Part shown: piece after piece, positions 26,631 through 35,188 of the stretch
How the letters are laid out: each line of letters starts with the position of its first letter
Position numbering within the stretch: position 1 is the stretch's first letter
Source: Cyanobacteriota bacterium
GTDB taxonomy: Bacteria > Cyanobacteriota > Vampirovibrionia > LMEP-6097
Direction: 5' to 3'
DNA length: 35,499 nucleotides
Assembly (NCBI GenBank): GCA_041170505.1
Contig: JBEAYS010000141.1
Coordinates: 1 to 35,499 of the forward strand
Notes under the pieces: generated by a model
Database searches by the model: none
The model's input: the letters and a program-made list of their open reading frames with translations, nothing else
What the model was told of the DNA's origin: nothing
Position numbers and translations under genes: made by a program

Positions 26631-28280
26631 ATGGCTGACGAAAAAAATCCTGAGGAAAAGCCATCATTCTTTGACTTTGCTGATTCAGCAAGGTCATGGC
26701 CTCCTGCTGACGGTTTTGATACCGATGATCAAGAAGATGTAATTGCTTCAGGCGGTAGCTTTTTTGATAAGCCCAAACCCACTCAGGATGGGGTAGATAC
26801 ACCTAATGGTCTCGATCAAATTTTATCGATTGAGCAAAACACTCCAGCGCCTCAGCCTAAGTTTGTAGCACCAGAGTCGCCACCTTCAGCTCCACAACCT
26901 GCTCCACCAGAGCCTCCTAACTCTAAAGAAACAGATCTTGGATATATTGATATGTTGCTTGATGATTTCTCTAGCTTTAGAGAAATGCGTAATATTGGTT
27001 TTGAAACAGGCATAGAACCTCGTCAGGAAGAGGATTTCCTCGTGCCAAAACCAAAAGAAAATAAAGTAGTCAGTAAATTTGATGAAGAATCTAGTGCTCT
27101 AGATGATATTTTTAACCAAAAAGAAATTGCACCTTCTTATATTGCCCCTACTGAGTCTACTGATTTGAATGACGACGATGATGGAATTTTTAGTATTAGT
27201 GATCTTAAAAACCAGTCTTCTTCAAAATCTAATTCAATGTTTTATGTTCAACCAGAGCCCGCTAATGATGAGGTATTAAACAAAGCTTTAGATTCAGCAA
27301 GTGAGCCTTTAACAGAAAACCAATTCTCCAATTCCTCTTACCAAGAGAGTTCTAGTGACTATAATCTTTATGATGATACTGCCTCTCAACCTGAGCCTGA
27401 TGAAAATACTCTACCGTTTAGAACCTACTCAAGTTCTGATTACACCGAAGAAAAAATAGAAGAAGGCGAAAGCGAAGAAGATAAATCGCCCATTGAAAAA
27501 CTGCTTGCTAATAGGAATTTGGTAATTTTATTGGTTGTAATAGTTCTTTTCATGGGTTATTTTATTTATAATAAAATTTCTAATCGTCAGTATGTGGCCG
27601 TTGGCTCCAAACGAGGTCGCAGACCACCGCCCAAAAAAGAACAAGTTACTCTTGCTCCTCAGCAAGAATTAGTTCCAGTGTGGGAGATTTCTAGTCAAGA
27701 AGGAAGTAAATACTACGAAGAGCTCAAGCTGGTAAAAAATATTTATAGTGTAGGAGGTCGTGATAATCCTTTTGCTATGCCTGATTCGATAGTTGCTGAT
27801 TTGAAAAAACGAGTCGAAGCAGATATTATCAAAAAACAACAACCTAATAACTATAGAAGAATCGCTTATAGAGCCACTCTTATCGGTGTGCTGGCTTCCA
27901 AAGACAGCATGATCGCTCTTGTTAATCAACAAGAAGCTGATTTTGATGTGCTAGAGGGAACTGGAAAAGTAAAAGTCCTCAAACTTGCTACTAAAGCCAT
28001 GGAGAGAGCTAAGCAAAATACTCAAGAAATGGTAGTAGGTAGTTATATTGGTCCATGGGTCATTACCAAAATTGATTCACCAGAGAATGCTTTTGTAGAC
28101 GCTAAGGTTCATGTAGAGTATAGAGGAATTGTAAAAGTACTTTCTATGGGCAAGGCTACTGAATTAGGTATCTTTACTTCTGAAGGTTTGATAGATAATC
28201 TTGAAAACCCAGTCGGAACGACACCTCTAGACAAAACTCCAGTTAACCCTAGTGAAGAGTTTGATTCTTTTGAAGAGTAG
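26631..28280 (+). CDS. Bitopic membrane protein: acidic disordered N-terminus, single TM, PilP/GspC-HR-like C-terminal domain (tentative)
   Basis: About 290 aa rich in D/E/S/P; TM at about residues 297-313; then RDNPF, LIGVL......ALV and VGSYIG.W.ITKI motifs; directly follows the PilB/GspE ATPase. Confidence 0.6.
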   Translation: MADEKNPEEKPSFFDFADSARSWPPADGFDTDDQEDVIASGGSFFDKPKPTQDGVDTPNGLDQILSIEQNTPAPQPKFVAPESPPSAPQPAPPEPPNSKETDLGYIDMLLDDFSSFREMRNIGFETGIEPRQEEDFLVPKPKENKVVSKFDEESSALDDIFNQKEIAPSYIAPTESTDLNDDDDGIFSISDLKNQSSSKSNSMFYVQPEPANDEVLNKALDSASEPLTENQFSNSSYQESSSDYNLYDDTASQPEPDENTLPFRTYSSSDYTEEKIEEGESEEDKSPIEKLLANRNLVILLVVIVLFMGYFIYNKISNRQYVAVGSKRGRRPPPKKEQVTLAPQQELVPVWEISSQEGSKYYEELKLVKNIYSVGGRDNPFAMPDSIVADLKKRVEADIIKKQQPNNYRRIAYRATLIGVLASKDSMIALVNQQEADFDVLEGTGKVKVLKLATKAMERAKQNTQEMVVGSYIGPWVITKIDSPENAFVDAKVHVEYRGIVKVLSMGKATELGIFTSEGLIDNLENPVGTTPLDKTPVNPSEEFDSFEE

Positions 28281-28290
28281 TATTATAAAT

Positions 28291-28953
28291 CTATTGGTGG
28301 CTAAAAAGCTCTGTTAGAGAAGTTTCGATGTCGCTAAACACTTTATCAGGATTTTGAGTGCCATCGATTTTTATTAGATTTTGATTTTTATAAAAATTAT
28401 TTAGTGGGATACCTGTTTCATCCTCATAGCTATTGAGGCGTTTTTGGATAGTCTCTAAGCTATCATCCTTGCGCTGGTAAAGTTCTGATCCACAAAGATC
28501 ACAGATACCATCTTTAGCAGGTGGGTTGAACTTGATATGAAAAGCACCTTTACAGTTAGGGTCATTTGCCTTGGTGCACATCCTGCGACCGCTCAAACGC
28601 TCTATTAAGAAGCCTTTTGGAACTTCCAGGTCAAAAATATAATCAAAACTGGCAAAACTAGAAAAGAATTTAGCTTGCTCGAGAGTACGTGGATATCCAT
28701 CCAAAATAAAATTATCCAGAGTGCTGGTTTTGTTTTTTACGATTTCGTTTACGATTTCATCTGAGACTAATTGACCAGCTTCGACTATGGCTTTTACGCG
28801 GTTACCAAGCTCGCTACCACTTTTGATTTCAGCTCTAATTAGATCCCCAGTACTTATATGCTGGATTTGGTATTTTTCAGCAAGTCTTGCTGATTGAGTA
28901 CCTTTACCAGATCCTGCTGGTCCCAAAAATAAAATTTTCATTTTTTTTGCCAT
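28291..28953 (-). CDS. adk: Adenylate kinase
   Basis: GPAGSGKGTQ, HISTGDLIR, FILDGYPRT, RLSGRR, QRKDD. The ATG at 28953 is preferred over TTG 28974. Confidence 0.96.
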   Translation of the reverse strand: MAKKMKILFLGPAGSGKGTQSARLAEKYQIQHISTGDLIRAEIKSGSELGNRVKAIVEAGQLVSDEIVNEIVKNKTSTLDNFILDGYPRTLEQAKFFSSFASFDYIFDLEVPKGFLIERLSGRRMCTKANDPNCKGAFHIKFNPPAKDGICDLCGSELYQRKDDSLETIQKRLNSYEDETGIPLNNFYKNQNLIKIDGTQNPDKVFSDIETSLTELFSHQ

Positions 28954-29013
28954 AGAAAAATAATTGTAGCGCAAATTGCCTTCTAACTGAAAGATGTAGT
29001 TTTAGTGCTGTTC

Positions 29014-29057
29014 TTAGGGATTCTACCTCTAAATTTCGTTTTTAAGCGAATACTTAA
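29014..29057 (+). repeat. TTAA-bounded palindromic repeat, copy 4 (decayed)
   Basis: ttagggattctacctctaaatttcgtttttaagcgaatacttaa; 37/44 identical to copy 2 without gaps. Confidence 0.82.
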
Positions 29058-30100
29058 GTATCAAAAAAACAACAGTCCCCGTAGCTATAAAATCTATATT
29101 CGTGTTTAATAGCTTCGCTATAGATCTCTTTAACTTTGTCGCTACCTAAAAAAGCACTGATCATAAGGATTAAAGTAGATTTTGGCAAATGAAAATTAGT
29201 GATTAATCCGTCTATGATTCTAAATTGGTAACCGGGATAAATATATATTTTTGTTTTGCCGCTAAGAATTTCTGGAGATTCATAATCTTCAGCTTGCCCT
29301 AAAGTCTCAAGGACTCTTGTAGAAGTGCTTCCAACAGCTATTACACGCCTATTTTGTTTTTTGGCGTCAAGAATTTTGTTCCAGTTAGCTTGGCTGATTT
29401 CGTAATATTCTTCGTGCATTTCATGTTTTTGGACTTCATCAGTTCTAATTGGCATGAAGGTTCCAAGTCCGACATGCAGGCAAGTATCAATTATTTCAAC
29501 CCCTTTATTTATGAGTGCTGAATTGATTCGATCGGTAAAATGTAATCCAGCTGTGGGAGCGGCGATACTGGCTCCTCGCTGATGATCTTGTGCGTAGATG
29601 GTTTGATATCTTTCTTTATCTAGGGCTGTTGCGTCCCGTTTCATATAAGGTGGCAAGGGCATTAAACCATAGTCCCTGACAGCGATTTCAAAATCATCGG
29701 TGGAATTAAACTCCACAAAAAAATTATCTCCATCGCGCCAAATATTGATGGGGATTGTATTTGCGATAAGAAATTGTTTTTTGAACTCTTTGATTTTTTT
29801 GCCAGGTTTCACTAGCGCGCTCCAAAGAGTTTTTTTTGTGTCTAAATTTTCGGTCAGTAAAATTTCTGCTGAGGAATTTTGAGTGTCGTGGATTTTAAAT
29901 CTTGAAGCGAGAACTTTAGAAGTGTTTCTTACCAAAATATCCCCCTCGTTTAGGATATCGACGATTTTATCGAAGCTGCGGTGTTCGATAAGCCCGCTGG
30001 AGCGCGAATAGTGCAGTAACCTTGAATTATCCCTATTCTCTAGTGGATAGCTCGCTATAAGCCTTTCTGGAAGTTCAAAGTCAAATTCATCAATTAACAT
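29054..30100 (-). CDS. queA: S-adenosylmethionine:tRNA ribosyltransferase-isomerase
   Basis: FDFELPERLIA, MPLPPYM.R, YQTIYA, AAPTAGLHFT, LHVGLGTF, TNFHLPKSTL, YRFYSYGD. Confidence 0.97.
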   Translation of the reverse strand: MLIDEFDFELPERLIASYPLENRDNSRLLHYSRSSGLIEHRSFDKIVDILNEGDILVRNTSKVLASRFKIHDTQNSSAEILLTENLDTKKTLWSALVKPGKKIKEFKKQFLIANTIPINIWRDGDNFFVEFNSTDDFEIAVRDYGLMPLPPYMKRDATALDKERYQTIYAQDHQRGASIAAPTAGLHFTDRINSALINKGVEIIDTCLHVGLGTFMPIRTDEVQKHEMHEEYYEISQANWNKILDAKKQNRRVIAVGSTSTRVLETLGQAEDYESPEILSGKTKIYIYPGYQFRIIDGLITNFHLPKSTLILMISAFLGSDKVKEIYSEAIKHEYRFYSYGDCCFFDT

Positions 30101-30189
30101 GCGTAAATACAGGTAGCCTTCTTTACCGATATACGATTTTAGCTTACATTATTATTAATGCAGTTTTGCATTTTTTAATAATTAAATCC

Positions 30190-31293
30190 ATGAAATTAAG
30201 CATAATCATATGCACCTTTAATAGATCCTTCGAGCTTGAGCAATTGCTTGAAGATATTTGCTCGCAACACAAAAAGCTTGAGTCGCAAAAAGATATCGAA
30301 ATTATTCTTGTGGATAATAATTCTTTTGATAACACCGCTGAAGTCGTTTATCGCTTCGTTGAAAATACAGAACTGTCGATTAAATATTTTACAGAAAAAA
30401 AATTAGGATTAAGTGCTTGTCGTAATTTCGCTGTTACAAAAGCAAGCGGGGATCTACTTGCTTTTATTCATGATGATATTAATCTTGATGAAGATTGGCT
30501 AAAAGAAGCTTATCAATTGGCTTTGGGCTGTCACGATCAAGAGATCGGTGTTTTTGGTGGACGTTCTGTGCCGATGTGGCAAGAGGATTTTCCTGATTGG
30601 CTGAATCTCCAAAGACCGTACGGAGTGAGACAAGAAGTTTTTAATGGACATAGTTTTGGGGATGAAGAAAAATATTATCCATTTGATACTGAGTACGGTA
30701 CAGCTGAATTTCCATCAGGCTTGAATGTTTTTATCCGTAAAGAAATTTTTGAGAACTGCGGTAATTTTAGAACAGACTTGGGACCTAGTGCGGCTGGCGG
30801 TTTTAGCATGCTTGATGACTATGAATTTTTTGAATACTTGAGTATGTTAAAAATCCCGATGGTTTATGTGCCTCAATGCATTGTTTATCATCCAGTGAGT
30901 TCTTCAAAAATGACTATTCAAAATATTCGCCGCTGGTATTTTAAGCATGGCCGCGCTCAATATTGGGTCGCTCATACAGACCGCATGAGAAGAGAGCCTC
31001 ATCCTCTTTTTGGAATTAATACCAAAATTAGAAAAATTATTCCATCTTTTGCAAAACAAAAGTTCAAAGGTGTTCCGATATTCTTATATTTAAAATTTTT
31101 CTTTCTTACTTTTGAGTGGTTGCTACAACATTTTAGTTTAAAATCCGCTCGCAGACATTGGTTGAGCTTTAAGATCTCTGAGACTATGGGCGAAATTGAA
31201 GCATCTGCTCTCGTTAATGAGCAAGTAAACAGCCGTAAATTTAGCTTCAAAGACAGGCTTGTCAAAAAAGGGATCACTGCTGATTTTAATTAA
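30190..31293 (+). CDS. Family 2 glycosyltransferase
   Basis: MKLSIIICTFNR, ILVDNNS.D.T, GLSACRN, AFIHDD. ATG 30190 is preferred. Confidence 0.88.
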   Translation: MKLSIIICTFNRSFELEQLLEDICSQHKKLESQKDIEIILVDNNSFDNTAEVVYRFVENTELSIKYFTEKKLGLSACRNFAVTKASGDLLAFIHDDINLDEDWLKEAYQLALGCHDQEIGVFGGRSVPMWQEDFPDWLNLQRPYGVRQEVFNGHSFGDEEKYYPFDTEYGTAEFPSGLNVFIRKEIFENCGNFRTDLGPSAAGGFSMLDDYEFFEYLSMLKIPMVYVPQCIVYHPVSSSKMTIQNIRRWYFKHGRAQYWVAHTDRMRREPHPLFGINTKIRKIIPSFAKQKFKGVPIFLYLKFFFLTFEWLLQHFSLKSARRHWLSFKISETMGEIEASALVNEQVNSRKFSFKDRLVKKGITADFN

Positions 31294-31310
31294 GGTTTAC
31301 TTTTTTCTAA

Positions 31311-32408
31311 TTAGATGTTTTGCATTTTAGCTTCAACGTCGGTGGTTACAAACATCGGTCCTGGTTGCTCTTCTGTTAATGTACCTATATATCCTCTCAT
31401 CTCCCCAGCTAATCTGCGCACAGGAAAAGGAGTTTTGGATACTCTGTTTTCACCTTTTACGTTAAGTCCATATTCCCAAGGCGTACCACCAAGAGTCCAA
31501 TCTGTATCTTTGAAATCATAAATACTACCCATGATACCACCCAAATGATCTCTATGAGCGGCTCCTAAACTCTCTGGTCGTGTATATAAAGAATCTCGTA
31601 AACCCTGATCTATTTTGGTTGTCACGCCAGTGGTCAGTTCTGACTGAGGATGTCTGGTTCTGTTTATCAGTTGGGCGTTGGCTCTTTGAATTTGTTTTCC
31701 AAGCAGACCTAAGCTTTTATGATATTCCGAAATTAATTGGTGCAAGTCACCTTTTATTTGTGTTTGGTCTAGTGATTCAATCATGTGTAGTAAGGATGTA
31801 TGTGAGCCATTACCATCCACTTGTTTCATGACATTGAAAATTTGTCCCAGAATAGAATCTACTTTTTCAAGATGATTGCTTCGTTCAGTATCATTGACTT
31901 CTTGGGCTTTGGTCTTGAGTTCTGTAAGTTTTGCTGGTATGACGCTTAGAGCGACCTGTAGAATTTTTGATGGGTTCTCTTGCAGTCGTTCAAAATCTTC
32001 TTGGGCTATTTCTTTTGCTTGTTCGGGATTTTGAGCGACCTGCTTGGATCTATCAAAAAATCCTAAACTTTCTGGAAAGACTTGCTTAACTAAATACAAT
32101 ATTACTGTCTGAGCTTTGTTATTAGCATTCTCGTGCTCTTTTGCAGTCATTTCTTGAATATTTTTTTCTTTTATTTGTTGTTCTAAAACTCTTTTTTCAA
32201 GGATTCTATTCTCTGATTTTTTAGTTTCTTGTGTTGCAAAAGAATCAATTTCGGCAAATGGGTTTCCTTCAGCTCGTGTATCTGCAGAGTTTTGTTGAAC
32301 TTCTCTGGCACTTGTACTTATGGGGGTAAGCTTGTTTGCTATCCTTAAGCTTTTAGCACTTCCTCTAACAACATCAGTAGGAATTGTTCCAGGTTCAAAT
32401 TTTTGCAT
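31311..32408 (-). CDS. Hypothetical protein (365 aa, largely helical)
   Basis: Long ORF with SD AGGAG upstream; no family recognised. Confidence 0.75.
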   Translation of the reverse strand: MQKFEPGTIPTDVVRGSAKSLRIANKLTPISTSAREVQQNSADTRAEGNPFAEIDSFATQETKKSENRILEKRVLEQQIKEKNIQEMTAKEHENANNKAQTVILYLVKQVFPESLGFFDRSKQVAQNPEQAKEIAQEDFERLQENPSKILQVALSVIPAKLTELKTKAQEVNDTERSNHLEKVDSILGQIFNVMKQVDGNGSHTSLLHMIESLDQTQIKGDLHQLISEYHKSLGLLGKQIQRANAQLINRTRHPQSELTTGVTTKIDQGLRDSLYTRPESLGAAHRDHLGGIMGSIYDFKDTDWTLGGTPWEYGLNVKGENRVSKTPFPVRRLAGEMRGYIGTLTEEQPGPMFVTTDVEAKMQNI

Positions 32409-32418
32409 ATGATCTCTC

Positions 32419-32964
32419 CTAAGCTACGGTATTTAATATGATGTCTTCAGGGTGAATAATATATGAATTTTCTATCTCTAGAATTGAATCTGTTTTTTCT
32501 TCGCTATCCTCTTCAGAAGAGGCTAACGATGTACCATACATTCTTCTTACTTGATTGGTAATGGCATCAGCGTTTAAACCTTCTACTCTCGATTCCATGA
32601 TTTTTTTGTATGTGGATACAATTTTTTGTTCAAATTTTTTAATTTCTTCGCTTATTTGTTTTTGCTTTTGAGCCTGTAAAAATGCTTTTTGATTTTTGTC
32701 AGTAACATAGAAATCAGACATTATAATACTTACTATTTTTGACTCAAGATTTTGAGTAAGCCCTTTTAGTTTGTTAGGTAGATCTAACATAGTTACCTCG
32801 TCAAAAGCTTTATCGTGTTGAAGTGGTAAGCTACTACTATTTTCAAAGCTATCACGATGAAAAATGATTTCATCAAATATTTTATAAAAAGCAGGTACAG
32901 CCTCTTGGGCCGCCATTTGTGCTTTTGTTAGTGATTCATAATAACTGGATAATTCTGGAGACAT
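32419..32964 (-). CDS. Hypothetical protein (181 aa, acidic, helical)
   Basis: ORF with an AGGT SD-like element; 10 bp from the downstream ORF; no family recognised. Confidence 0.7.
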   Translation of the reverse strand: MSPELSSYYESLTKAQMAAQEAVPAFYKIFDEIIFHRDSFENSSSLPLQHDKAFDEVTMLDLPNKLKGLTQNLESKIVSIIMSDFYVTDKNQKAFLQAQKQKQISEEIKKFEQKIVSTYKKIMESRVEGLNADAITNQVRRMYGTSLASSEEDSEEKTDSILEIENSYIIHPEDIILNTVA

Positions 32965-33006
32965 AATTAATACCTAAAGCGATATTAATATCTATCTTAT
33001 TTACGT

Positions 33007-33034
33007 TAAAAAACCGTTAAGGAATTGCCGAAAA
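33007..33034 (+). promoter_or_regulatory. Putative sigma28-type promoter TAAA-N16-GCCGAAAA
   Basis: Same spacing as the flagellin promoter; GCCGAAAACTA versus GCCGATAACTA. Confidence 0.45.
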
Positions 33035-33072
33035 CTATTTTTTATCTCTCAATATTGTGAGCTATAATAATT

Positions 33073-34095
33073 TTGTACCCATTTTTTGAAATTTTAAACA
33101 TGGATATATTAGTTAATATTAGTGAAGATAAATTGCAAGAATCCTCGTTTAGATATGAGGTTTCTGTATTTATACCTGTATTTAATGAGCAAGAGAGCTT
33201 GGAGCTATTACAAGAAAAAATTAATAATAGTTTTTGCGGTTTAAATATTAGTTATGAAGTAATTTATGTCGATGATGGGAGTAAAGATAAAAGCTTTGAA
33301 GTGCTTCAAAAGATTGCCAAAGCAAATCCTAATGTCAAGGTGGTAAAATTTAGGCGCAATTATGGTCAAACTGCCGCGATGTCAGCTGGCATAGATCACG
33401 CTCAGGGCAGAGTTTTGATTCCGATGGATTCAGATTTGCAAAATGATCCTCAGGATATCCCTCGTTTGCTTGAAAAAATCAATGAAGGCTATGATGTGGT
33501 CAGTGGTTGGAGGAAAAACAGAAGAGATACTTTTATTAATAGAAAATTACCATCAATGATTGCTAATAAACTTATCTCTGTAATTTCTGGTGTTAGATTA
33601 CATGATTATGGTTGTTCTCTAAAAGCCTATCGCTCAGAAGTTTTGAAAGATATTAGACTCTATGGTGAACTTCACCGATTTATTCCTATATGTGCTAGTT
33701 GGGCTGGTGCGCGGGTGACTGAAATTCCTGTAAACCACTACGAGCGACAATTTGGCAAGTCCAAGTATGGCATTAATAGAACATTTAAAGTGATTTTAGA
33801 TTTGTTTATTCTTAAGTTTTTGACTGATTACCTTACTAAACCAATTTATTTTTTTGGTACTATTTCAATCGTTAGCATGATGTTTTCTTTGTTGGCTTTT
33901 GTATCTTCTATTTGGCTAAGAATATTTCAGGGCATACAGCTAGATGGCACTCCCCTACCGGTTTTGGGAGCGATGTTTTTTACTGTTTCAATTCAAATAC
34001 TCTTAATTGGAGTGCTTGCAGACTTGGTAATGAGGACTTACTACGAATCTCAAGGTAAGCGGCCGTATTATATAGAAAAATCAATTAACCTATAA
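33073..34095 (+). CDS. GT2 polyprenyl-phosphate glycosyltransferase (ArnC/GtrB/DPM1-like) with two C-terminal TMs
   Basis: IPVFNE, VDDGSKD, RRNYGQTAA, MDSDLQNDP.DIP, DVVSGWR, DYGCSLKAY, HRFIP. The true start may be ATG 33100. Confidence 0.92.
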   Translation: MYPFFEILNMDILVNISEDKLQESSFRYEVSVFIPVFNEQESLELLQEKINNSFCGLNISYEVIYVDDGSKDKSFEVLQKIAKANPNVKVVKFRRNYGQTAAMSAGIDHAQGRVLIPMDSDLQNDPQDIPRLLEKINEGYDVVSGWRKNRRDTFINRKLPSMIANKLISVISGVRLHDYGCSLKAYRSEVLKDIRLYGELHRFIPICASWAGARVTEIPVNHYERQFGKSKYGINRTFKVILDLFILKFLTDYLTKPIYFFGTISIVSMMFSLLAFVSSIWLRIFQGIQLDGTPLPVLGAMFFTVSIQILLIGVLADLVMRTYYESQGKRPYYIEKSINL

Positions 34096-34720
34096 CTTTA
34101 TGTTGCTCTTCTAAAGTGCTAATAAAGTTTTTTAAATCTAGTATAGTATTTTCAACTCTTCCAGCAGATGTTTCTTTGTGGAGTCGTTTTATCTGAGCTT
34201 TACTGATATTTGACCTACACAAAGCACTTATAAAAAGTGAGATTCGTGGGTTTTCTATACTTTGATTTTTGGTATCGATATTAAAGTAATCAAAGAGTTG
34301 GGTCAGGCGTAGTTCTACTGTTTTTTCATTTATGCCAAGAAGCTCAGCAATTTTTTTATTGGCAAATCCTATTGCCATCAAAGCTAATACCTGAGATAGT
34401 TTTAGGTCTAAATTATCAATATAACGAAGTTCTACTTCAGGTTTAAAATCTATCAGATCTAATGCAATAAGTGATGATAGTAATTTGACTCTGGGATTGA
34501 AGAGTTTATAAAAGTTTTTATACTCATTAGATTTATTCAATTTTTTGTTTAGTTCAGCAAGAATTCTTTCAACACTTTTAACAGAAATCTCTAAGCTTTC
34601 TGCAATTGATTTATTGGAGCGGCCCAAAGCAAGATTTTGTAAAATTTGTAATTTAGTCTGGCTAAAACGATAGGTATTTAAAGCAGGTAAGATTTCAACT
34701 TGAAAATTAAAACTGGACAT
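34085..34720 (-). CDS. Regulator with two tandem LuxR/NarL-type HTH domains and no receiver domain
   Basis: ILQNLALGRSNKSIAESLEISVKSVE...NPRV and VLALMAIGFANKKIAELLGINEKTVE...NPRI. Confidence 0.8.
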   Translation of the reverse strand: MSSFNFQVEILPALNTYRFSQTKLQILQNLALGRSNKSIAESLEISVKSVERILAELNKKLNKSNEYKNFYKLFNPRVKLLSSLIALDLIDFKPEVELRYIDNLDLKLSQVLALMAIGFANKKIAELLGINEKTVELRLTQLFDYFNIDTKNQSIENPRISLFISALCRSNISKAQIKRLHKETSAGRVENTILDLKNFISTLEEQHKVIG

Positions 34721-34726
34721 GCATTA

Positions 34727-35188
34727 CTAGCTAAGGCCTAAATCCTCAAGATCCTTAAAGATTTCATCAAGATGATTTGCTGGTTTTACTTTTTGGTAAT
34801 GTTTTATTATTTCACCTTTAGGCCCGATCAAAAAAGAATCTCTTTGGATTCCCATATATTTTTTACCGTACATAGATTTTTCTACCCAAACTCCGAAGTT
34901 TTTAACCATTTCTTGTTCAGTATCAGCTAGTAAGGGAAATTCTAGGGAATATTTATCAGCAAACTTTTTATGTGATTCTACATTATCACAGCTAACTCCC
35001 ACTATCTCGATTTTTTGTTTTTTTAGAGCTGTGAGGCTATTTTGGAAACTACAGACTTCAGTAGTACAGCCTGGAGTAAGATCTTTTGGGTAAAAAAATA
35101 TAATCAGGTGTTTTCCAGCAAAATCTTTTAGTGTTCTTATTTTACCATTTTGGTCTTTTAGCTTAAAATTGGGAGCTTTTTTTGACAT
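34727..35188 (-). CDS. bcp: Thioredoxin-dependent thiol peroxidase Bcp/PrxQ
   Basis: APNFKL.DQNG, FFYPKDLTPGCTTEVC, EKSMYGKKYMGI.R. Confidence 0.95.
   Translation of the reverse strand: MSKKAPNFKLKDQNGKIRTLKDFAGKHLIIFFYPKDLTPGCTTEVCSFQNSLTALKKQKIEIVGVSCDNVESHKKFADKYSLEFPLLADTEQEMVKNFGVWVEKSMYGKKYMGIQRDSFLIGPKGEIIKHYQKVKPANHLDEIFKDLEDLGLS

Noticed and set aside
9005-29057. The 44-bp repeats as a CRISPR array or integron attC sites
   Set aside because: Copies are kilobases apart, in mixed orientation and beside core genes; there are no spacers, cas genes, integrase or RYYYAAC/GTTRRRY ends.
30104-30132. Possible sigma28 promoter TAAA-N17-ACCGATAT before the first GT2
   Set aside because: The spacer is one base longer than at fliC and the -10 box is mismatched; too weak without a PWM.
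1711-31831. Short antisense or alternate-frame ORFs in the track (e.g. 1711-1923, 3266-3502, 14010-14297, 20441-20749, 26213-26575, 31580-31831)
   Set aside because: They lie within or largely overlap well-supported genes and show no protein motifs.
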